Part shown: piece by piece, positions 15,792-25,639 of the stretch
Numbering within the stretch: the stretch's first letter is position 1
Layout of the letters: each line of letters starts with the position of its first letter
IMG/VR virus record: IMGVR_UViG_3300028027_000002
Location: 1-64,000 of that record
DNA from: a virus
Length of the DNA stretch: 64,000 bases
Direction: 5' to 3' (one strand)
Notes under the pieces: model-generated
What the model saw: the letters and a program-made list of their open reading frames with translations, nothing else
Told to the model about the DNA's origin: nothing
Database searches by the model: none
Position numbers and translations under genes: made by a program

Positions 15792-16460
15792 ATGGCAACT
15801 ATAGGCATACTTCCAGCAAGTGGAAGAGCCTCAAGAATTGGTGGTATTCCAAAATTTTGTTTACCAATTTCAGATGAAAGATCATTGCTACAATGGCATG
15901 TAGAACAAATGCTTGAGGTTTGCGATGAGATTAGAGTATCTACAAAAGCCGAATGGGTTCCAATTATTAAAAACATGGATATGAATATTAAACTTATTGT
16001 TAAAGAACCATCTACAATGTCGGACGCAATTAATTTTATGGTGGGAGAATATAATGATACTGTTATTGTTGGAATGCCAGACACATATGTTTTAGATGCT
16101 CCAGGAAACATATATAAGGAAATGCTTAAAGAAACAAATGCTGACTTGGTTTTAGGGGTTTGGGAGTGCAACGATGAACTAAAAGGTCGTGTAGGACAGG
16201 TACTGTTATCTGAAGATAAAGTTATTGCTTCTGAAGACAAATCAGATAACTGTGATTATCTGGATATGTGGGGCATTATGATGTTTAGAAAGAATATGAT
16301 TAGATATTTAGACTCAAGTTTAGAACACCCTGGAAAACAAATAAAAGACTGGATATCAGAGGGCAAAAATATAAGGGCAGTAAGACCAGGTGGCAAGTAT
16401 ATGGATATTGGAACTTTAAAGGGTCTTAAGAATTTATATAAAGAAATGGATTTAAAATAA
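15792..16460 (+). CDS. Sugar-phosphate nucleotidyltransferase (RmlA/GalU-like fold)
   Basis: GILPASGRASRIGGIPKFCLP; YMDIGT. Confidence 0.85.
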   Translation: MATIGILPASGRASRIGGIPKFCLPISDERSLLQWHVEQMLEVCDEIRVSTKAEWVPIIKNMDMNIKLIVKEPSTMSDAINFMVGEYNDTVIVGMPDTYVLDAPGNIYKEMLKETNADLVLGVWECNDELKGRVGQVLLSEDKVIASEDKSDNCDYLDMWGIMMFRKNMIRYLDSSLEHPGKQIKDWISEGKNIRAVRPGGKYMDIGTLKGLKNLYKEMDLK

Positions 16461-16463
16461 AAA

Positions 16464-16491
16464 TACCCCCAAGGATTTCTCCAAGGGGGTA
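16464..16491. terminator. Bidirectional intrinsic terminator
   Basis: TACCCCC/GGGGGTA hairpin between convergent genes. Confidence 0.65.
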
Positions 16492-16504
16492 ATTTATTTA
16501 TAAA

Positions 16505-17068
16505 CTACTTAGGAAATTTGCTCATCCAAAATTTGGTTCTTGGAGTGATACCCTTCCATGAGGACCAATCTTCTCCACCATTTGTCATGTAGTATGCAAT
16601 CTCTGCATTCTTGACGGGATTGAATAGTTCAGCGTTAGAGTCAAGATCAAACTTGGTTCTACGATCAGGACCAAGAGCATCAATCATGTTTATTTGGAAC
16701 ATTCCATAAGATGAGTCACCAGTCTTGTGGTTGCCATTAAAAGCCAATGGACGGCCATTAGACTCCTTTTTAGCCACCGCCCAAGCAACAACAAGGTCTT
16801 TGCCCTTGAAGCCTACTAGGGAAAGCAGTTCCTTTAGTTCTAGATCAGTCAGAGAAACCTTGTTCTCAAAACTCTCTAGTTTTTTTGCCTTAGAAACCAA
16901 AAAAACCTCTTTCGAGGTGGTTTTCGATGTCTGAGCCTGTTCCAGGCTAAGGTTGTTCTTTGTATCAAGATCTGAAATAGCATTAGCAGAGTTAGACATA
17001 ACCGTTACTAATGCTACGATACTGAGTGTGCTAATGATCTCTTTGTTTCTTTCGATAAATTTAATCAT
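16505..17068 (-). CDS. Lysozyme-like/SLT transglycosylase (Rpf-like) with N-terminal signal anchor
   Basis: AKKESNG catalytic Glu, YGMFQIN, WSSW; AAGGAGG SD places start at 17068. Confidence 0.8.
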   Translation of the reverse strand: MIKFIERNKEIISTLSIVALVTVMSNSANAISDLDTKNNLSLEQAQTSKTTSKEVFLVSKAKKLESFENKVSLTDLELKELLSLVGFKGKDLVVAWAVAKKESNGRPLAFNGNHKTGDSSYGMFQINMIDALGPDRRTKFDLDSNAELFNPVKNAEIAYYMTNGGEDWSSWKGITPRTKFWMSKFPK

Positions 17069-17115
17069 AGTTTCCTCCTTAGAAAACAATAACACCCTGG
17101 TAGGTGTCTATACCA

Positions 17116-17145
17116 AGTATAACATAATTTTGAGTCAAAAGTCAA
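17116..17145 (-). promoter_or_regulatory. SigA-type promoter TTGACT-18-TATACT for the transglycosylase gene
   Basis: Hexamers plus TG extension; back-to-back with TATAAT at 17155. Confidence 0.6.
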
Positions 17146-17169
17146 ATCTGGGTGTATAATTATTTTATT

Positions 17170-17694
17170 ATGAGCACATACGATTTTTCAGCCACGGGAA
17201 TTAAATATCCTCTTGAGACATCCCCAGTAAATGTACATGGAGACTTCAAGAAATTGGCAGAATCTCTTGACGCAATCCTTCCAGCATATGGCGTATCATA
17301 TTTTCAAATTGATGTTCACAACAATAGTGGTGGACCAATAGGTGCTGGAGTACCAGTTTATGCAACAAATGGCAAAGTAAATGACAAAGTTACAATAGCA
17401 AAAGCAGTTCCATCAACAACATCTCCAATACTTGGTTTGTTGAAAAATCTTAAAAATAATGGAGAGGATGGAGTTGTTGTTGTTGCTGGAGTGATGGAGG
17501 GGCTAAACACTTCTAGTTTTCTTGCAGGACAAACATTATATGTTGGTCCATCTGGAGGTTTAACAAATGTTAGACCAGAAGGAGGCTCTGCAGCAGTTGG
17601 AATTTGTGCAGTTGCAGATAATGTTAATGGAATAGTTATAGTAGAGGCAAAAGGAAACGGTACCTGGGGAGCACTCAGAGACGGTTTGTCGTGA
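17170..17694 (+). CDS. Putative virion structural (decoration/cement-like) protein
   Basis: ORF; G/V-rich beta motifs; start after TATAAT. Confidence 0.65.
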   Translation: MSTYDFSATGIKYPLETSPVNVHGDFKKLAESLDAILPAYGVSYFQIDVHNNSGGPIGAGVPVYATNGKVNDKVTIAKAVPSTTSPILGLLKNLKNNGEDGVVVVAGVMEGLNTSSFLAGQTLYVGPSGGLTNVRPEGGSAAVGICAVADNVNGIVIVEAKGNGTWGALRDGLS

Positions 17695-17706
17695 TATAAT
17701 AAACAA

Positions 17707-18123
17707 ATGGCAACTTTAAGAGGATCTCAATCACTATACGATATTGGTAATAAACCACCTACAGTTATTTGGACTGTTGTTCGTGGAGATACTTCTGGTT
17801 TTAAGGTTTATGTAACAGACGATGCTAAAGAACCTTTGATCCTAAAGGGTGAAGGATCTGAATGGGATATTGCTATGAAGATTAAAAGACCCAACAATAC
17901 TTCTGATCTTGGAGTAATTACAGATGATGCAACAGTTGTTATGTCTTTATATCCCGTCGCAGATGAAGATGATCTTGTCGGAGAGTTTACAGTTTGGCTT
18001 ACAGCAGAAGAATCAGTGCAACTTGAAACAGGAGACATCTTTGATATTCAGGTATCAGACCCAACAAGAGTTTGGACAGTTGCTCAGGGCAGCATGAGAA
18101 TTCTTGAAGATGTAACAGATTAA
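17707..18123 (+). CDS. Virion structural protein, BppU-N-like
   Basis: VVRGDT motif; leaderless. Confidence 0.65.
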   Translation: MATLRGSQSLYDIGNKPPTVIWTVVRGDTSGFKVYVTDDAKEPLILKGEGSEWDIAMKIKRPNNTSDLGVITDDATVVMSLYPVADEDDLVGEFTVWLTAEESVQLETGDIFDIQVSDPTRVWTVAQGSMRILEDVTD

Positions 18124-18347
18124 TGGCAACAGCAGTAATCCTTGATGACCTGCAAAACAAAACAGAACGAATCTTTCCAATAGATTATGCAGTAGTACAA
18201 TTAGAAGACTTTACAAGAAAAACAGTTATAACTGAGGTTTTACCCTTTAGAGTTAAGTTCACAGCGATTCAAATTCAGGCTATTGGTTTGGGAAATACCC
18301 CAGCAATTCCTTTGCAGGTTATTGGTTATAGCAACTATATTCTCTAA
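18123..18347 (+). CDS. Hypothetical structural protein
   Basis: ORF, TAATG coupling. Confidence 0.7.
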   Translation: MATAVILDDLQNKTERIFPIDYAVVQLEDFTRKTVITEVLPFRVKFTAIQIQAIGLGNTPAIPLQVIGYSNYIL

Positions 18348-18380
18348 TTATCTTATTTAAATGGGTGATATAATTACGAC

Positions 18381-18827
18381 ATGGCTAAAATATCAATTGC
18401 ATCAGTTAAAAGTCTATTCCAAACTGGAGATAGACCTACTCAAGAAAATTATGTAGATTTAATCGATACCCTATCTGCTCAGTCAACCGAGTTAGGATCA
18501 GCGGGTAACAATGAAAACACAATCACTGGCATTGAGAACGTAACTGTTATTGATAACTTTGATGCTACAGTTTGGCGTATGGTGAAGTATATTATTTCAA
18601 TATCAAAGACTTCAGCAGGTGACAATAAGTTCTACGCAACTGAAATGACAATTCTTGTTGACGGTGCAAATGTATCTGTCAGCGAGTATGGAACAATCGA
18701 CAATGATGGGAATATTGGCACCATTAATGTCTCTCGCACTGGAAATACCGTGGCTATATCAGTCACTCCAGATTCTGCGATCAAGCCAGTCACAGTACGA
18801 TATGCTCGTATTGGACTTAAGGCATAA
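18381..18827 (+). CDS. Putative tail-fibre-associated protein
   Basis: FQTGDRPT N-terminus; C-terminal domain resembles that of 18844..20610 (SEYG/TEYA). Confidence 0.65.
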   Translation: MAKISIASVKSLFQTGDRPTQENYVDLIDTLSAQSTELGSAGNNENTITGIENVTVIDNFDATVWRMVKYIISISKTSAGDNKFYATEMTILVDGANVSVSEYGTIDNDGNIGTINVSRTGNTVAISVTPDSAIKPVTVRYARIGLKA

Positions 18828-18843
18828 CTAAGGAGATATAAAA

Positions 18844-20610
18844 ATGGCAACAAACAATAAAGACTTTAAAGTAAAGCATGGGTTAGTCGTTGAAGGACTA
18901 CAAGGTACTATCAACGGAGAAACAATCCTTACAGAAAACGCAGGAGATCAATACATCCTTGACCTCATTAGCGGAGAAACACTAGTCAAGTCAGTATCAA
19001 ATGAATTTGATGTTTCAGCAGGTGGAGAACTTTCACTTGATCGTACAGTAGTAGATGCTTACTATGATGCAGCAGGATCTGCAGGGGATGTAGCATCAGA
19101 TCTTACAGATCACGAAAATGCTACAGCAGCACACGGTGTAACAGGTGCGGTAGTTGGAACAACTAATACACAGACACTAACTAACAAGACAATTTCTTAT
19201 GCAGACAACACAATCACAGTTCAGGTTGCAAATGTTTCAGATCTAACAGCATCTGCAGCAGAACTTAATACTCTTGATGGAATTACTGCAAGCACATCAG
19301 AACTTAACCTTCTTGATGGCGTAACAGCAACAACAGCAGAATTAAACATTCTTGATGGTGTGACTGCTACTGCAGTAGAGTTAAACATTCTTGATGGAGC
19401 GACTGTTTCAACAGCAGAACTCAATCTTCTTGATGGAGTAACTGCAACAACTGCTGAATTGAACTATGTGGACGGAGTAACATCTGGCATTCAGGGTCAA
19501 CTTGACGATAAGGCACCACTTGCATCACCAGCACTTACTGGTGTACCAACTGCCCCAACAGCAACAGCAGGAACAAACACTACACAGGTAGCAACAACAG
19601 CATTCGTAGGAACAGCAGTAGCAAACCTTGTTAATGGTGCTCCAGACCTTCTTAATACTCTAGATGAGTTGGCTTTGGCACTTCAGGACAATCCAGATAT
19701 TATTGGAGATCTTCAGGATATTGCAGCAGGAAAGCAAGATACGCTAACTGCAGGAGCAAATATTGACATTACAGGAGCAACAATTTCTGTAACTGGTCTA
19801 GATGCAGCAGATATTTCAGATTTCTCATCTGCAGCACTTGCAGCAACTGCAGCAGCATACGATGTTGCAGGAGCAGCAGCGCAGGCTCTTGAAGATGCAG
19901 AAGCATACGCAGATGGACTTACAACATCTGACATTGCAGAAGGCACAAACCTTTACTTCACAAACCAGCGAGCAATTGCCGCTGTTGGTGGAACAATTGA
20001 AGATCAGATTAATCTTCTTGATACAGATGACATTGAAGAGGGTGCAATAAACCTTTACTTCTCAGACTCTCGTGCAAAGGATTCAGCAGGAGATCTTCTT
20101 GCAGGAGCAACAAAGGAAAACATTCAAATCAGTTACATTGGTGGAGTTCTAAGCATCTCTGCAGAAAACGGTGTAGCAGACTCTGACACTGATGACCTTG
20201 ATGAAGGTACAACAAATAAGTACTTCACAGATGTTCGTGCAGTAGATGCTCTTGAAGCAGTCGTTCCAAACTTTACAGCAGTTGAGGTTAATTCGGTTGC
20301 TAAGCAAGTTGCTTCGACTATGTCAGCAGCAAGCGCAGGCACACATGTTGGACACGCATTTGCTAAGGCAGATTACCGTTCAGCAGAGTTCCTTGTAAAG
20401 GTTGCATACGGTGCAAACACTGAAATTTCAAAGGTCCTTTTGACACTTGACTCTTCAGACAACATTTCAATTACTGAATACGCAATGGTTGGAACTAATA
20501 CTTCTACATCAACAATTTCAGCAAATGTTAATGGAGCAAATGTACAACTTCTAGTAACAACCGCTAACAATACCTCAGAGGTAACTGTTGTCGGAACATT
20601 ACTTAAGTAA
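18844..20610 (+). CDS. Tail fibre protein
   Basis: 6x 13-aa TAELNxLDGV repeats, APLASPALTGVPTAPT, LNTLDELA, EGTNLYFT repeats. Confidence 0.75.
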   Translation: MATNNKDFKVKHGLVVEGLQGTINGETILTENAGDQYILDLISGETLVKSVSNEFDVSAGGELSLDRTVVDAYYDAAGSAGDVASDLTDHENATAAHGVTGAVVGTTNTQTLTNKTISYADNTITVQVANVSDLTASAAELNTLDGITASTSELNLLDGVTATTAELNILDGVTATAVELNILDGATVSTAELNLLDGVTATTAELNYVDGVTSGIQGQLDDKAPLASPALTGVPTAPTATAGTNTTQVATTAFVGTAVANLVNGAPDLLNTLDELALALQDNPDIIGDLQDIAAGKQDTLTAGANIDITGATISVTGLDAADISDFSSAALAATAAAYDVAGAAAQALEDAEAYADGLTTSDIAEGTNLYFTNQRAIAAVGGTIEDQINLLDTDDIEEGAINLYFSDSRAKDSAGDLLAGATKENIQISYIGGVLSISAENGVADSDTDDLDEGTTNKYFTDVRAVDALEAVVPNFTAVEVNSVAKQVASTMSAASAGTHVGHAFAKADYRSAEFLVKVAYGANTEISKVLLTLDSSDNISITEYAMVGTNTSTSTISANVNGANVQLLVTTANNTSEVTVVGTLLK

Positions 20611-20645
20611 TAAAAAATAAAAATAGTTGGAAGAAGGAGTAGTAA

Positions 20646-21095
20646 ATGGCAACAGTCGATAAAGACTTCAAGGTCAAGAATGGATTAGTCGTAGCAAACG
20701 GCGGTACATTCGGAGATGCAGTAACAGTAGGAGCACCAACTCTTGCTAACCATGCAACAACCAAGGAGTATGTCGATAGTCGCTCAATGGCCGTAGGCTC
20801 TACTGCTCCTTCTTCACCAACTAACGGAACACAGTGGTTAGACACTATAACAAATAGAGTCAACTTCTATTATGAAGGTTCTTGGTATACCCAAGCAACT
20901 ATTGATGATACGAACAACTTACCACAGCACATTCACGATACCGCAATTGATGGAACTGGTTTCATAGTATCTCAGTTCTATGAAGGTGGATCATTCAACA
21001 GCCCATTGGGTGTAGGTTTGGATGCTGGAGGACCAGGTACAGAAACTTGGACTGTAGTATTCGATGGCGGTAGTGTAGTAGATAACTTCAATTAA
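20646..21095 (+). CDS. Tail-fibre-associated protein
   Basis: KDFKVKNGL N-terminus shared with 18844; HATTKEYVD. Confidence 0.65.
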   Translation: MATVDKDFKVKNGLVVANGGTFGDAVTVGAPTLANHATTKEYVDSRSMAVGSTAPSSPTNGTQWLDTITNRVNFYYEGSWYTQATIDDTNNLPQHIHDTAIDGTGFIVSQFYEGGSFNSPLGVGLDAGGPGTETWTVVFDGGSVVDNFN

Positions 21096-21153
21096 AAACT
21101 GATGTTATAATAAGATAAGTTAATGGGCAGCCCCCATAAGGAGAAATAAAAAT

Positions 21154-23262
21154 ATGGCAACAAGAATGCAACAGCGCAGAGGAACTGCAGCACAATGGAC
21201 GGCTGCAAACCCAGTTTTAGCAGCAGGTGAAATCGGATTTGAAACCGACACAAACAAATTTAAGATTGGTAATGGAGCAACCGCATGGTCGGCACTTGAT
21301 TACTTTGCTAACTCATCAGCACTAACAGCGCTCCTTAATGGAGCACCTGGCACACTAGATACTCTTAATGAACTAGCAGCAGCAATTAACGATGATCCAA
21401 ACTTCTTCTCAAGCGTTGCAGACCAGATTGCAGATGCAATCGCTGGCGCTGAAGTAGATCAGGCAGCCCTTGCTGGCGCAGGAATCGACTGGAATGCTGG
21501 AACTAACGCATTTGATATAGATTCAACAGTTGCCACAAAGACATATGCAGATAACGCTGTAACTGTCCACAACCAGGATTCAACTGGTGTTCATGGAATT
21601 ACTGACACAGCAGCCCTTGTAACATTGTCAGGTACACAGCAATTAGCAAACAAGACATTGATGAGCCCACTTATCAATACTCCTTCAGGCTTAACAAAAA
21701 CAGATGTTGGCCTTGCAAACGTAGATAACACTTCAGATGCCAGCAAGCCAGTCTCAAGCGCCGCACAGACAGCCCTTGACTTAAAGGCACCAATTGCTGA
21801 CCCAACATTTACTGGTACAGTATCTGGCATTACAAAGGCTATGGTAGGACTTGGACAGGTAGATAACATCTCAGATTTAAATAAGCCAATTTCAACTCTT
21901 GCACAGGCAGCACTTGATGCAAAGGCTCCACTAGCAAACCCTGAATTTACAGGTGTTGTATATGGTATTACAAAGGCAATGGTTGGATTAGATCAGGCAA
22001 ACAATACAGCAGATCTAGACAAGCCAGTATCAAATGCTACACAGGTAGCACTAGATAACAAACTTGCACTATCTGGAGGAACTCTTGTTGGATATTTGAC
22101 AACACACGCAAATCCAACAGACTCTATGCATGTAGCAAATAAGAGATATGTAGATGCTATTGCAGAAGGACTTCACATTCACGCAGCAGTTGTCGCAGCA
22201 ACAACTGCAAATGTCACACTTGCCTCAGCAGTAGATAATGGTAAGACACTTGATGGTGTTACATTGGCAACTGGAAATCGTATTTTAGTTAAGAACCAAA
22301 CAACTGAATCAGAAAATGGTATTTACATCGTAAGTGCTTCTGGTGCACCAACTAGAGCAGCCGACTTTAACTCTGCAGCAGAAATTCATGGTGGAGACTT
22401 TGTTTTCGTAACAGGTGGAACTCAGTACAATAACACTGGCTGGGTACAAACAGAAACTGTAACAACAGTTGGTACAGATGCTATAGGATTCACACAGTTC
22501 TCAGGCGCAGGAACATACTTAGCAGGAAATGGTTTGTCTCTAACTGGATCAACATTCTCTGCTGATCTAACAGTTCTTGCACCAAAGGACAGTCCAGCAT
22601 TTACAGGAACAGTTACAGGTGTTACAAAGGCAATGGTTGGATTACAGAATGCTGACAATACATCTGATGCAGCAAAGCCAGTTTCAACTGCTACTCAGAC
22701 AGCACTTGACCTAAAGGCTAACCTAAATGCACCAACATTTACTGGCACTGTTGCTGGTATTTCAAAGAGCATGGTTGGCTTGGGCAATGTTGATAACACA
22801 ACAGATGCAGGAAAGCCAGTTTCAACTGCTACTCAAACAGCACTTGATCTAAAGGCCCCAATTGCAAACCCAACATTTACTGGAACAGTAACAGTCGGTG
22901 CACCTGGAGTAGCATTTTCAGACGGAACACAGACAAAGGAAGGCGTTCCATCTAGAACAACAATTATACAAAGAACAGACTCTTACACACTGGCTTCACT
23001 GACAGAAAGAGATTCTTTGATAGAAATAAATAAGGCAACAGCATCAACCTTGACTATTCCAACTAATGCAACAGTTGCATGGCCAATTGGAACATCAATT
23101 GATATCCTTCAGACTGGAGCAGGACAGGTTACAATTGCTGGCGCAGCAGGAGTAACTGTAAATGCAACACCAGGATTAAAACTACGCACACAGTGGTCAT
23201 CAGCCTCGCTTTTGAAGCGAGGAACTGATTCATGGGTAGTCGTAGGCGATCTAACAGCATAA
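21154..23262 (+). CDS. Tail fibre with Mtd/hyaluronidase-type N-terminal domain
   Basis: QQRRGTAAQW..NPVLAAGEIGFETDT; 5x VGLxNVDNTSDxxKPVS repeats. Confidence 0.8.
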   Translation: MATRMQQRRGTAAQWTAANPVLAAGEIGFETDTNKFKIGNGATAWSALDYFANSSALTALLNGAPGTLDTLNELAAAINDDPNFFSSVADQIADAIAGAEVDQAALAGAGIDWNAGTNAFDIDSTVATKTYADNAVTVHNQDSTGVHGITDTAALVTLSGTQQLANKTLMSPLINTPSGLTKTDVGLANVDNTSDASKPVSSAAQTALDLKAPIADPTFTGTVSGITKAMVGLGQVDNISDLNKPISTLAQAALDAKAPLANPEFTGVVYGITKAMVGLDQANNTADLDKPVSNATQVALDNKLALSGGTLVGYLTTHANPTDSMHVANKRYVDAIAEGLHIHAAVVAATTANVTLASAVDNGKTLDGVTLATGNRILVKNQTTESENGIYIVSASGAPTRAADFNSAAEIHGGDFVFVTGGTQYNNTGWVQTETVTTVGTDAIGFTQFSGAGTYLAGNGLSLTGSTFSADLTVLAPKDSPAFTGTVTGVTKAMVGLQNADNTSDAAKPVSTATQTALDLKANLNAPTFTGTVAGISKSMVGLGNVDNTTDAGKPVSTATQTALDLKAPIANPTFTGTVTVGAPGVAFSDGTQTKEGVPSRTTIIQRTDSYTLASLTERDSLIEINKATASTLTIPTNATVAWPIGTSIDILQTGAGQVTIAGAAGVTVNATPGLKLRTQWSSASLLKRGTDSWVVVGDLTA

Positions 23263-23292
23263 AAAATAAATAAGTAAATTGGAGAAATATAA

Positions 23293-24150
23293 ATGGCAAA
23301 GAAAGAATTAGGATCGAAGTCTTTACAACAAAACGACTTCCTAGAACCAAAGGCACCAGTTAGCGTTGTAGCGACAGATGTTGGAACAAATAGAGCGTTC
23401 TCAAGCGCAGCAGCATCTGTTTCATTTTCTTTGCCAGGAGACTCTCCAGCAGCGACATCATATACAGTAACTTCTTCACCAGGAGGGTTTACTGGTACAG
23501 GCTCAGGATCACCTATAACAGTTGCAGGATTGAGTCCTGCCACATCTTATACATTTACAGTAACAGCAACTAATGCTTCAGGAACTTCTCCTGCATCAGC
23601 AGCATCATCTGCAGTAACAGTAACAACTGTTCCAAACTCTGTCTCTGTTACAGCAACAACAGGTGTTAACCAAGATACAATTTCCTGGCTCGCACCAGCA
23701 ACGGGTGGAAAGGCAATCATTGATTACTCTTGGGTATCTTCTGATGGAAAGTCTGGAACAACAGCATCAACATCCGTTAATGTTGTACAAGAAGGAAGCA
23801 CCGCTCAGACATATACAGTAACAGTAAGAAATGCAAATGGTTCTTCTCTTGTATCTGCACCATCAAACAGCGTTACTACTACACCACCATTCTTCCCACC
23901 ATCATTCCCATTCTTCCCACCAGCATTTTGTCCGTTCTTCCCGAACTTCTGTCCGTTCTTCCCGAACTTCTGTCCAACGTTCTGTCCGTTCTTCCCGAAC
24001 TTCTGTCCATCATTCTGTCCGTTCTTCCCGAACTTCTGTCCAGCATTTTGTCCAGCATTTTGTCCAGCATTCTGTCCAGCATTCTGTCCAGCATTCTGTC
24101 CATCATTCGCTCCATTCTTCCCATCCTTTACGGTACCAGGAGCAGTATAA
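23293..24150 (+). CDS. Fibronectin type III protein with C-terminal Pro/Phe/Cys repeat tail ending [12 protein letters not shown]
   Basis: GLSPATSYTFTVTATNASG (FN3) and a second FN3-like repeat; 12x FCP. Confidence 0.85.
   Translation: MAKKELGSKSLQQNDFLEPKAPVSVVATDVGTNRAFSSAAASVSFSLPGDSPAATSYTVTSSPGGFTGTGSGSPITVAGLSPATSYTFTVTATNASGTSPASAASSAVTVTTVPNSVSVTATTGVNQDTISWLAPATGGKAIIDYSWVSSDGKSGTTASTSVNVVQEGSTAQTYTVTVRNANGSSLVSAPSNSVTTTPPFFPPSFPFFPPAFCPFFPNFCPFFPNFCPTFCPFFPNFCPSFCPFFPNFCPAFCPAFCPAFCPAFCPAFCPSFAPFFPSFTVPGAV
23884..24147 (+). repeat. Coding repeats PFFPNFC / PAFC (21- and 12-bp units)
   Basis: Seen directly in DNA and protein. Confidence 0.9.
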
Positions 24151-24207
24151 TAAAATAATAAATAGGGTATACCACGCTTATTAACTAGGTGTGGTATACT
24201 TTATTTT

Positions 24208-24903
24208 ATGGAAAAAAGATATGAGTGGTATGACGCTCCAAGACTAGAAAATACAAAAACTAGGCTTGAAAAGCGTACAATTGCAAACGATGTTGAAGTT
24301 TTAAACCTAGAGTATGGAATCAATCTATATAGAAATGCTATACCTAAAGATCAATGCTTAAGCATAATAAATAGACTTGAAGATGCTTCAGAAAAAAACT
24401 CACCCCATCTTTCTTGGAGGGGCGCACAGATTAATGACAAAGAGGATTCTGACCATGTTAGAAATTGCCTAGATATTAAATACAAAAGAGAACATCTTGG
24501 AAAATTCTTACCATTTGATCAGGACATGTTTGATATACATAAAGAAGTAGAAGATTATTTGGATAATTGTTTAAGAGATTACGAATCCTTATGGCACTTT
24601 CAAATGGCATACAAAGAAGCATTTAACTTCGTAAAGTATCTGCCTGGAAAATATTTTAAACTTCATGGCGACCACGGACCATACTATACGTGTACAGTCT
24701 CTGCCGTTATTTATTTAAACGATGACTATACTGGAGGAGAAATAGAGTTTCCAAGACAAGGCCTTAAAATAAAGCCAGAAGCAGGAGACATTGTTGTTTT
24801 TCCATCAAACTTTGTTTACGAGCATGCATCTTGTGAAATTTTTGAGGGAACAAAATATTCAGTAGTAATAATGACAGATTACAACGACTTACACCACAAG
24901 TAA
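24208..24903 (+). CDS. 2OG-Fe(II) oxygenase, prolyl-4-hydroxylase-like
   Basis: HGD...YLNDDYTGGEIEF...H...GTKYS. Confidence 0.9.
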   Translation: MEKRYEWYDAPRLENTKTRLEKRTIANDVEVLNLEYGINLYRNAIPKDQCLSIINRLEDASEKNSPHLSWRGAQINDKEDSDHVRNCLDIKYKREHLGKFLPFDQDMFDIHKEVEDYLDNCLRDYESLWHFQMAYKEAFNFVKYLPGKYFKLHGDHGPYYTCTVSAVIYLNDDYTGGEIEFPRQGLKIKPEAGDIVVFPSNFVYEHASCEIFEGTKYSVVIMTDYNDLHHK

Positions 24904-24940
24904 AAATAGTGATAGAATATATATAGAAAGAAGGTAAAAA

Positions 24941-25639
24941 ATGGATAAGGTAATTAATACAAGTTCTGATGAAACAAAAGACTATGAAACACCAACGTGG
25001 TCTTCATTTGAAAATTTGGGAAGTGGAATTTTTGTTTACAGAGATGTTCTTCCAAAAGAACTAGATATAATCAAAAGGCTTGAAGACAATCTTAGCGACG
25101 ACCATCCTAGATATAAGTGGACGGAAGCATTTGTTGGATATTTTCAGAGCATGCCAGAGTACAGAGACTGTGTTGATTTTAAGTTTAAGAAATCAGATAT
25201 CGCACTAGACACAAGTGAGACATCCCTAAATCTTCAAGCATTATGGCAAGACTGCTACGACAGACAAAAAGCAGCGGTAAACCATTATCAGAAAATGTTT
25301 AATCTTGGAGAACTAAGATATTGGGAGGCAATGAACTTTGTTAAGTACAATAAGGGTCAGCATTTCCAATACCACCATGATCACGGATTTTCTTACAACT
25401 GTACAGTATCTTTAGTTGCTTATCCTAATGATGACTATACTGGAGGAGAGTTGTCCTTTCAGCATCAAGGATTAATGATAACTCCGAAGGCTGGAGATCT
25501 ATATATTTTCCCATCAACATATATGTACAGCCACAGAGCAATGCCAGTTCATTCTGGAACAAAATACTCTATTGTCACAATGCTAGACTATAGCGCTAAG
25601 TTTCATACACCAGAAATGTATAGAGAAACTGGCGACTAG
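24941..25639 (+). CDS. 2OG-Fe(II) oxygenase, prolyl-4-hydroxylase-like
   Basis: HHD...YPNDDYTGGEL...H...GTKYS. Confidence 0.9.
   Translation: MDKVINTSSDETKDYETPTWSSFENLGSGIFVYRDVLPKELDIIKRLEDNLSDDHPRYKWTEAFVGYFQSMPEYRDCVDFKFKKSDIALDTSETSLNLQALWQDCYDRQKAAVNHYQKMFNLGELRYWEAMNFVKYNKGQHFQYHHDHGFSYNCTVSLVAYPNDDYTGGELSFQHQGLMITPKAGDLYIFPSTYMYSHRAMPVHSGTKYSIVTMLDYSAKFHTPEMYRETGD

Noticed and set aside
14116-24150. Shared 39-nt ends as a DGR template/variable repeat pair
   Set aside because: Too short, both copies are coding gene ends, only two synonymous differences, and no reverse transcriptase in the window
23831-24184. Alternative-frame ORFs over the FCP repeat (23831+, 23879-, 23928+)
   Set aside because: Shadow ORFs caused by stop-free tandem repeats; no promoter or SD
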